A stretch of 15,150 nucleotides of DNA from a virus, in the IMG/VR virus record IMGVR_UViG_3300012964_000009, positions 1 through 15,150 of that record, one strand, 5' to 3'. Made by a program: the position numbers and the translations under genes. The notes under the pieces are model-generated. The model was not told the DNA's origin. It saw only the letters and a list, made by a program, of their open reading frames with translations, and did not search any database. Shown piece by piece: positions 6,437 to 11,703 of the stretch; within the stretch, counting starts at the first letter, position 1; every line of letters starts with the position of its first letter.

Positions 6437-6957
6437 CTCTCTACCTCCTTGGTGCTTTGGGTGCCTGTGCGGAGGGATTCAAGATATTTCTCTGGATTTG
6501 CCTGACATTCGCATAAGATATCAAGAATTTGTGATCTGGTTTTTCCTATTGTCTGCCGGTTCAATTCAACTACAAGTTCCTCGCGGGCTTGGGCGGCTGC
6601 TTCTTGGGTTGTTGTAAATATTCTACACGTTGCTCTACAAGATCGATTTGCGGTTTTGCTTGGACACGGATTGCAACAATCTGGCTCCGGTGAGGCGGGG
6701 GATGGGCGGGTGTCATTGTGTTGATAGATACATTCCTCACATGGTGGCCGGGGTTTGATGGAGGAGGATGGGCGGGACCGAATGCTTTTCTGGTGCTTGC
6801 ATCCAGTCACTTTTACAACTTTCTGAAACCGTTTCAAGTCGGATGTGTTGTTTATGGCATCTTCTGGAACAGGACATGTTCCCTGCCCGTCGTGTTCACA
6901 ATCTTCACAACAGAACCATTCATGCGGCTGCTGTGGTTGCTGTGGGGTGGGGGTCAT
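6433..6957 (-). CDS. 174-aa cysteine-rich protein (14 Cys), paralogue of the 240-aa protein; function unknown
   Basis: ATG at 6957 (ATGA overlap). Sequence features: MTPTPQQPQQPHEWFCCEDCEHDGQGTC..., RSRPSSS, TRPSPASP, PPCEECIY, DCCNPC, AAQAREELVVELN, ESLRTGT. Confidence 0.7.
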   Translation of the reverse strand: MTPTPQQPQQPHEWFCCEDCEHDGQGTCPVPEDAINNTSDLKRFQKVVKVTGCKHQKSIRSRPSSSIKPRPPCEECIYQHNDTRPSPASPEPDCCNPCPSKTANRSCRATCRIFTTTQEAAAQAREELVVELNRQTIGKTRSQILDILCECQANPEKYLESLRTGTQSTKEVER

Positions 6958-7163
6958 AGGGCTTCACCTGCTTTTTTGATGAATGATTTACAACCAACCG
7001 CTCCAATAAACGCACCCATCCAATCGTGAATAGGTTCTGCTGCTCTGAAACACGGTGCAAAACAATGCCTTGAATTAAAGAATCCCGCCTTCTTACACCA
7101 AACACAATCCATACAATTTGTCCCTTCTGTGGGGCATTGCGCAGAACCTTCATTTGGCGACAT
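6954..7163 (-). CDS. 69-aa cysteine-rich small protein (7 Cys), hypothetical
   Basis: The track start at 7193 lies inside the upstream gene. The ATG at 7163 shares one base with the upstream TAA (TAATG). Sequence: MSPNEGSAQCPTEGTNCMDCVWCKKAGFFNSRHCFAPCF... Confidence 0.55.
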   Translation of the reverse strand: MSPNEGSAQCPTEGTNCMDCVWCKKAGFFNSRHCFAPCFRAAEPIHDWMGAFIGAVGCKSFIKKAGEAL

Positions 7164-7663
7164 TATGCACGCTCCTCGGTCCAGATAGAGCACTCATTAA
7201 ATTGGGATTTAAAAAGATCCGCATTTTCTCCATGATAGAATAGCGCCGATGGGAACGTTGCTCTATTTGTTGCCATTCCGGTTTTTCCATCAATGAAATG
7301 AATTCTCTGCTTTGGAAATGCTACAAGATCCGTGTAAACCATAAGTACCCCCCATGCCTCCGTTTCCGGGGCACATTTCCATAATACAATATATTCTTCC
7401 GTATTTTTTTGATAGACAGAATCGCGCAATTTTTCAAACCACTTTTTTACCCCATGTCCATACGGAGGATTGAGGAATACTGACTTCCCCCAAATTGATG
7501 TTAATCCATCGGTTTTCCCAGGTAGAGCCGGATCATGGAAATGCCCCAAAACTGCACCAGCTCGCATTAAGATCCATGGCGGAGTATACCATTCGCAGGA
7601 TTTTGATTTTGAATAAAATTCTTCTTTCGGCTTTTGCGACAAAGAGATATTCGGCGAAGTCAT
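7163..7663 (-). CDS. DNA N6-adenine methyltransferase, phage Dam-like family (small, no target-recognition partner seen)
   Basis: CEWYTPPWIL (W-x-T-P motif near the N-terminus), ...DGLTSIWGKSVFLNPPYGHGVKKWFEKL with catalytic NPPY at 7460..7471 (aat cct ccg tat on the minus strand). 166 aa, a typical size for the phage-encoded Dam family. Confidence 0.8.
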   Translation of the reverse strand: MTSPNISLSQKPKEEFYSKSKSCEWYTPPWILMRAGAVLGHFHDPALPGKTDGLTSIWGKSVFLNPPYGHGVKKWFEKLRDSVYQKNTEEYIVLWKCAPETEAWGVLMVYTDLVAFPKQRIHFIDGKTGMATNRATFPSALFYHGENADLFKSQFNECSIWTEERA

Positions 7664-8013
7664 TCGTTAATCACCGTCGCCTTTCTGACACATCCCTTTG
7701 GGCGTTTCTCCTGCTCCTTGAGCATCCAAAGGCAATCACCCGGTTCTGGATCAAAGTCGTCGGGGCAATTGAATTCCCCAATGAATTCATACCGCATCCA
7801 ACAGTGTTTCACAGAGTCTATCGTTGAAATAATTGGAACATTTTCTTTATCGTCAAAGGCATCAACTTCCTCGTCGTATTCTTTTCCGAATTGTTCCTTT
7901 GCTTCTTCGAGCGTAAGGTGTGCTCCGATGATCACATACACATCGCCAGTTAGCCTTACAAGTTCTGGCTTCATCGGTTTCCGCTTCGCAGAATCATTGT
8001 TCTCGGAAGTCAT
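7660..8013 (-). CDS. 117-aa acidic protein, hypothetical
   Basis: ATG at 8013 with ATGA overlaps at both ends. No motif recognised. Confidence 0.6.
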   Translation of the reverse strand: MTSENNDSAKRKPMKPELVRLTGDVYVIIGAHLTLEEAKEQFGKEYDEEVDAFDDKENVPIISTIDSVKHCWMRYEFIGEFNCPDDFDPEPGDCLWMLKEQEKRPKGCVRKATVINE

Positions 8014-8192
8014 GGGAGATCGCCCCGCTCGTGCTGTGGCACCTTGGGAACCGGGGGGTAAGTCCTGGTGCGTGGGTCGAATTCAAGCGTGTGGGTGGCG
8101 GTGAATCGTGGCGCTGCTGTGGGGAGTGGGTCGGTGTTGATGGGATGGAGTTTGTCGGCTTCGCAGATTTCCGTGTGTTCGGCTTCGATCAT
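8010..8192 (-). CDS. 60-aa Pro-rich protein, hypothetical
   Basis: The ATG at 8192 directly follows the upstream TAA. CAGGAAGGTGG lies upstream (SD-like). Confidence 0.5.
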   Translation of the reverse strand: MIEAEHTEICEADKLHPINTDPLPTAAPRFTATHTLEFDPRTRTYPPVPKVPQHERGDLP

Positions 8193-8339
8193 TTATGCCA
8201 CCTTCCTGTATGTGATGGTCATTCCATCCGGTGATACTTCCCTGCGGTAGTATCCTGTTGTTCCCAACGGTGCCTGTAACATCTGTTCGTTCCCTACTCT
8301 CCGTGATTTATAGAGAGTCTCATTCAAGAGTTTTGACAT
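8193..8339 (-). CDS. 48-aa basic protein, hypothetical
   Basis: The track start at 8387 is replaced by the ATG at 8339 (MSKLLNETLYKSRRVG...), which is preceded by ACCGGAGGAATAAAACA (GGAGG). Confidence 0.5.
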   Translation of the reverse strand: MSKLLNETLYKSRRVGNEQMLQAPLGTTGYYRREVSPDGMTITYRKVA

Positions 8340-8343
8340 TGTT

Positions 8344-8460
8344 TTATTCCTCCGGTTTGTAGTGCTGGATAATCCATACAATATCATCCTGTTTTTTTCT
8401 CATTTCTTGACAGTGTTTTAATTCCTCTGCTTCAATCTGTTTCCGGGTCTTTCTTACCAT
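8344..8460 (-). CDS. 38-aa highly charged protein, hypothetical; first gene of the early unit (below the ORF-track cut-off)
   Basis: My translation: MVRKTRKQIEAEELKHCQEMRKKQDDIVWIIQHYKPEE. The ATG at 8460 lies 22 nt downstream of the TATA-like box, with no SD (leaderless geometry). Confidence 0.4.
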   Translation of the reverse strand: MVRKTRKQIEAEELKHCQEMRKKQDDIVWIIQHYKPEE

Positions 8461-8463
8461 GTA

Positions 8464-8477
8464 GAATCATATGATTC
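8464..8477. promoter_or_regulatory. Perfect 14-bp palindrome GAATCATATGATTC between the TATA-like box and the ATG; candidate operator
   Basis: Read directly and self-complementary. It sits within catatgaatcatatg (two CATATG copies). Confidence 0.5.
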
Positions 8478-8482
8478 ATATG

Positions 8483-8490
8483 TATTTATA
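8483..8490 (-). promoter_or_regulatory. TATA-like box (minus strand TATAAATA) overlapping the rep stop codon; putative promoter of the early unit
   Basis: 22 nt separate it from the ATG at 8460, the same spacing as the 4640..4647 box. Confidence 0.45.
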
Positions 8491-9655
8491 GGTATCCATC
8501 TTGCGCCAATTTGAGGCGCTGGCGTAGGGTGAGGGTTGGAGTGGTTGGCTCCTGATTTATGATTGTTGGCTTTGGTTTTCTTCCCCACTCGCAGAAATAT
8601 AGGGGGGGTGGATCGGTAATGCGTACTTTGCCTCTTGGATCTAACCAAAAATCATTATCTATCCAATCCGGGATATACTGACGATACCAGATTACCCTAT
8701 CAATTTCTACTTCCTCATTTTCTGGCGTGAGTTCGACTGTTTTTAATCGTGTTTCCAACCATACCATATCTGTTTCGTGGTCATCCTTCAAGCACATCAT
8801 ATGAGAGATGGCTTTTGATGCACCATACAGGCGGAATTTGTTATCCCATAAATGGGCATTAAAAATGAGTGTGCCTATTGACCATCCATCAAGAAGGAAT
8901 CCTGGGCGAAGGTATTTGATAAGATAGCTTTTGAGATTCTTTATATCGTCCTTATTTTTTGAGAAGTCAAGTCCGTATGTGTGGGAACCTGTACCATATT
9001 TGCGAGACCAGAGATCGCGTAATTTATCCTCCATCCCTCTACCCCGTGAGTCCTTTACATTGTTTGAAACATCAGCAAATACTGCTAGGTGATAATGCGC
9101 ATATCCTGCGTCTCCTGTTGGGTGTGGTTCAACTACCCAAAAGTAATCAGGTGCTCCGCAATATTTCTTAATCAGTTTGAGGAGTTTCACCCGGGATATG
9201 TTGAGCTGGTGCCATGCGTCCTGTACAGTTACTGTGTCCGGATGATAAGCTGTAAGGGTGATCATTGTCACGGGCCTATCACTGTGCGACTGGAACCAAA
9301 AATCGAGACGTTCTAGTTTGTCAGAAAGTTCTCTTCTGCGTACCGGTCCCCATCGGTTATTGTACGACATAGGGAGATTGAGGACCTTCCCTTTCTTCGT
9401 GTCATATCCTTTTACCATGAATCCCTTTTGCTCGCATTGATCCAGATATTTCACAAAATCCTGACATACGAAATCGTTCTTGTGCCTGGAATCGGTACCC
9501 GGTTGCTCTAGAAGCCGGATGAGAGCGTCCTTTGCTAGATCACTGGGTTGTGTGGATGTTATGCTTATGACTTGCCTAGACGGAGAAGGTTTCCCGCTTC
9601 GCGGGTTCTGACGCTGCGCTGTGCTCTTGCGATGAGCCCCATACGGGAGCGGCAA
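8486..9655 (-). CDS. rep: HUH-superfamily rolling-circle replication initiator (Rep); start codon uncertain
   Basis: Motif I: VTMITLT (aa 129-135). Motif II: EPHPTGDAGYAHYHLAVF (H187-x-H189 followed by hydrophobics; 9089..9097). Motif III: LKSYLIKYLRPG with twin tyrosines Y244/Y248 (8912..8926), comparable to YVAKY of phiX174 protein A. The track start at 9655 is TTG. The first in-frame ATG is codon 80 (9418), preceded by AAAGGGA. Confidence 0.85.
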   Translation of the reverse strand: MPLPYGAHRKSTAQRQNPRSGKPSPSRQVISITSTQPSDLAKDALIRLLEQPGTDSRHKNDFVCQDFVKYLDQCEQKGFMVKGYDTKKGKVLNLPMSYNNRWGPVRRRELSDKLERLDFWFQSHSDRPVTMITLTAYHPDTVTVQDAWHQLNISRVKLLKLIKKYCGAPDYFWVVEPHPTGDAGYAHYHLAVFADVSNNVKDSRGRGMEDKLRDLWSRKYGTGSHTYGLDFSKNKDDIKNLKSYLIKYLRPGFLLDGWSIGTLIFNAHLWDNKFRLYGASKAISHMMCLKDDHETDMVWLETRLKTVELTPENEEVEIDRVIWYRQYIPDWIDNDFWLDPRGKVRITDPPPLYFCEWGRKPKPTIINQEPTTPTLTLRQRLKLAQDGYL

Positions 9656-9745
9656 GGCTCCCTTCGGGGCCGAGGTCGGTAGGAGCGGGATTGGTACTGT
9701 GACGTAAACCGCCGGTAGGTTTATGGAGGTCGTTAAATCGCCTCC
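9593..9745. promoter_or_regulatory. Cluster of four stem-loops plus flanking GGAGCGG direct repeats; candidate rolling-circle origin and/or structured rep leader
   Basis: H1: cccgc-ttc-gcggg (9593-9605). H2: ggc(t)ccc-ttc-ggggcc (9656-9671). H3: taaacc-gccggta-ggttta (9705-9723). H4: ggagg(t)cg-ttaaat-cgcctcc (9725-9745). GGAGCGG occurs at 9646-9652 and 9682-9688, bracketing H2. Confidence 0.45.
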
Positions 9746-9758
9746 GAAAAGAAAAAGG

Positions 9759-9766
9759 TATATAAA
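9759..9766 (-). promoter_or_regulatory. Consensus archaeal-type TATA box (minus strand TTTATATA) upstream of rep
   Basis: Plus strand tatataaa. It is followed on the minus strand by a T-rich stretch and the hairpin cluster. It lies about 100 nt upstream of the first possible rep start. Confidence 0.5.
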
Positions 9767-9910
9767 TTGGCGGGTGCTATACTGTATTGTTTCCTGTTGT
9801 TCACTTGTTCTTTTTGGCTCTCCCCTGCAAGGGAGGCCTTAACTTTTTCCAAGAGGATCACCTGTCTGTTTTTTCATGGTTGGGTAACTGTGTATTCTGT
9901 TTGACGTACT

Positions 9911-9915
9911 AAAAA
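9911..9915 (-). terminator. T5 tract in TATTTTTAG (minus strand), putative terminator of the RHH unit
   Basis: It lies 30 nt after the stop at 9945. The same 9-mer TATTTTTAG recurs at 10890-10898, after the late unit. Confidence 0.3.
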
Positions 9916-9944
9916 TAGTTTGGGGAGGTGATGAGAGGCGATTG

Positions 9945-10139
9945 TTAGAGGGTGTGTGGGTCATTGCAGAATTTTATTTCTTCGGTTGTTTTCTCTGGCA
10001 CCTCAACCCATTCGGGTTTAAGCATATATCCTTTCCCATCCCATCCACATATCATCGGTAGTCTATCGCCACCCGGTGAGATCGTGCAAGGATTTTTCTG
10101 ATCCTTACAACGTATGCAGAGGAATTGTTTTTGTGGCAT
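9945..10139 (-). CDS. 64-aa Cys-containing protein (CxxC...C...C), possible zinc ribbon, hypothetical
   Basis: ATG at 10139. Sequence: MPQKQFLCIRCKDQKNPCTISPGGDRLPMICGWDG... Confidence 0.55.
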   Translation of the reverse strand: MPQKQFLCIRCKDQKNPCTISPGGDRLPMICGWDGKGYMLKPEWVEVPEKTTEEIKFCNDPHTL

Positions 10140-10141
10140 AA

Positions 10142-10609
10142 TTATACCTGGAACTTTCGGAATGAACCGTCCTTGAAGAAATACTCATCCGGTTTTCCGG
10201 ATGGAACGACGCGGGCCCGGATCCTCATTGTAGGGATAAAGCAGTTATCCCAAACCGGGATTTTGTCTTTGGGCATTTCAATCCCGATGTCCTCCAAGAA
10301 TGTAACGACCCGGGAGCGGAAAGGATCGGACGGTCCTTTACCCCAGCTCAAAGTCTCAATCTGGAAGTGGTGGAATACTTCAATACCAGTATTTAACTCT
10401 CTCCATGTGAGGGCCGCATTGGTCTTTTTTACGGGTTCTTTTCCGGCTGCTTTGTCCTCTTTTGACTGTGCGGCTTTCATCTGTTTTGATGTGGCTTCGA
10501 TGAGTTCGAAGACATATTCTTCCTGGGGATCGAGTTTTCCTTTACCTGCATTTTTTTCTCCGAGCGGAGAGAAGTTGCCTGCGATTTTTGTACCGGGATT
10601 TCCGATCAT
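10142..10609 (-). CDS. 155-aa protein with a Lys-rich, probably disordered N-terminal third; hypothetical (nucleic-acid binding is only a guess from context)
   Basis: The ATG at 10609 overlaps the RHH stop (ATGA). No motif recognised. Confidence 0.6.
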   Translation of the reverse strand: MIGNPGTKIAGNFSPLGEKNAGKGKLDPQEEYVFELIEATSKQMKAAQSKEDKAAGKEPVKKTNAALTWRELNTGIEVFHHFQIETLSWGKGPSDPFRSRVVTFLEDIGIEMPKDKIPVWDNCFIPTMRIRARVVPSGKPDEYFFKDGSFRKFQV

Positions 10610-10752
10610 GAAAAACCCCCGTGTGCGTTAGTGAATTCGACGGCAATGCGAAGGGCATCTCTCATGTTTTCAATCCCCTTTCTTTTCATGAAGTCTTTAA
10701 GCAGGAGTGAATCTCCTACATAGATTTGTGCTGATGTGGTCTGCTTATCCAT
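10606..10752 (-). CDS. 48-aa ribbon-helix-helix (CopG/Arc-like) transcriptional regulator (below the ORF-track cut-off)
   Basis: My translation: MDKQTTSAQIYVGDSLLLKDFMKRKGIENMRDALRIAVEFTNAHGGFS. The pattern is a beta strand (AQIYVG), helix 1 (DSLLLKDFMKRKG), a turn, then helix 2 (MRDALRIAVEF). It is the first gene after a 153-nt intergenic region. Confidence 0.6.
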   Translation of the reverse strand: MDKQTTSAQIYVGDSLLLKDFMKRKGIENMRDALRIAVEFTNAHGGFS

Positions 10753-10796
10753 TTGTGTTTCCTGCTGTGTATTACAGCGATAATCACGTTGATTGT

Positions 10797-10806
10797 TAAA
10801 ATATAT
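10797..10806 (-). promoter_or_regulatory. AT-rich TATA-like element (minus strand CATATATTTTAA) upstream of the RHH gene, flanked by TAATCAC direct repeats
   Basis: It lies about 44 nt upstream of the ATG at 10752. TAATCAC occurs at 10781-10787 and 10820-10826. Confidence 0.35.
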
Positions 10807-10891
10807 GAATATTGTGGTTTAATCACAAAGAGAGGATTTTTGCAATGCCGCAAAGAATCGCAGAAACAAAACTCGAGATTGCGATATAACT

Positions 10892-10896
10892 AAAAA
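10892..10896 (-). terminator. T5 tract in TATTTTTAG (minus strand), putative terminator of the structural unit
   Basis: It starts about 10 nt after the stop at 10906. TTTTGTTTC follows further downstream. Confidence 0.3.
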
Positions 10897-10905
10897 TAAG
10901 TTCTA

Positions 10906-11703
10906 TCATTCCAATTGCCACCAGTGCGGCTCTATTAAGTCGTGAGTATTGACAAGGACTTTTATATCCTTGATTTGTGTGTCTGATGGAACAACGAAGG
11001 GAATATAGCCTGACCACATATTAGATTTGCCGCAACGGAGCCGTTGTTTTTCGTAAGCCACTGGGAGTCCTTCGCTGTTATATTCTCGACTATATCCGTA
11101 TGGCTGGATTGTTTCGACGTGTCGATAATCCCATATCTCATCAAAGTCGTGTAGTCTGATGGATGGGAGCAACTCTTCGGTTCTTTGATAGATGTTGCCT
11201 TTTATGTCGAGAGTGAAATATTGCGGTTGGAATCCCCACATGCGAGAAGAATTATCGTCGGTGTATGATGCTGCATAGATGAATAGGAATTTCTTACCCT
11301 CTCCGGGATTCGCCACAAAATATTGTCCCCATGATACAGACCACCACTCCACCATTGATAATTCTTTATGGCCCCATACTGTGATGTGAGCGGTTACGTC
11401 CTTATAGCCGGATACATTGACTTTCTCAAATGTCAGCCATTGCCCTTGCTTCATACCATTATATTTTGCAAGGAACTGGGCTTCGGATAATGTGGGTTCT
11501 GGTGTGGGCGTTGGTGTTGCGATCGTTTCTATGATTATTTCGCTGGTTGGCTGTGGTGTTGGTATCGGAGTATCGACAAGGTTTTTATAAGTATTCTTCG
11601 CCGATGTGACACACCCCCCAGTCACTACCATTAATATGACGATCATCAATAATCCAAGTACCATCATTAATTGGAAAACGGTGTGATATTTTTCTTCAAT
11701 CAT
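10906..11703 (-). CDS. 265-aa exported protein: N-terminal TM with a lipobox-like TGGC, Thr/Pro linker, beta-rich domain (possibly DUF4352-like)
   Basis: ATG at 11703. VFQLMMVLGLLMIVILMVVTGGC; PIPTPQPTSEIIIETIATPTPTPEPT; then KQGQWLTFEKVNVSGYKDVTAHITVWG...GKKFLFIYAASYTDDNSS. Confidence 0.6.
   Translation of the reverse strand: MIEEKYHTVFQLMMVLGLLMIVILMVVTGGCVTSAKNTYKNLVDTPIPTPQPTSEIIIETIATPTPTPEPTLSEAQFLAKYNGMKQGQWLTFEKVNVSGYKDVTAHITVWGHKELSMVEWWSVSWGQYFVANPGEGKKFLFIYAASYTDDNSSRMWGFQPQYFTLDIKGNIYQRTEELLPSIRLHDFDEIWDYRHVETIQPYGYSREYNSEGLPVAYEKQRLRCGKSNMWSGYIPFVVPSDTQIKDIKVLVNTHDLIEPHWWQLE

Noticed and set aside
6024-6953. Repeated CTGCTGTGG(C/T)TG and GGATGGGCGGG strings as a CRISPR array or minisatellite
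   Set aside because: There are only three copies, hundreds of bases apart, all in frame inside paralogous genes, where they encode PQQPQ and RPSP peptides. There is no repeat-spacer periodicity.
9593-9745. Hairpin cluster upstream of rep as a tRNA or tRNA-like att site
   Set aside because: There is no cloverleaf arrangement, no T-loop (GTTCRANYC-like) or anticodon-arm geometry. The stems are independent, consecutive hairpins.
581-10631. Plus-strand ORFs of 60-168 aa from the track (for example 581..1048, 1235..1501, 1769..2050, 3568..3843, 3973..4203, 5319..5594, 6111..6617, 7495..7827, 7634..8104, 10125..10631, 13924..14256)
   Set aside because: Each lies antisense to a longer minus-strand ORF that has recognisable motifs, SD sites or stop-start coupling. 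Their products are low-complexity or Cys/Trp/Leu-rich shadow translations. None has a convincing start context. I treat the plus strand as non-coding.
10142-10752. RHH gene plus the overlapping 155-aa gene as a toxin-antitoxin pair
   Set aside because: The 155-aa product shows no toxin-family motif that I can recognise and is larger than typical RelE/ParE/CcdB partners. Gene order alone is not sufficient.
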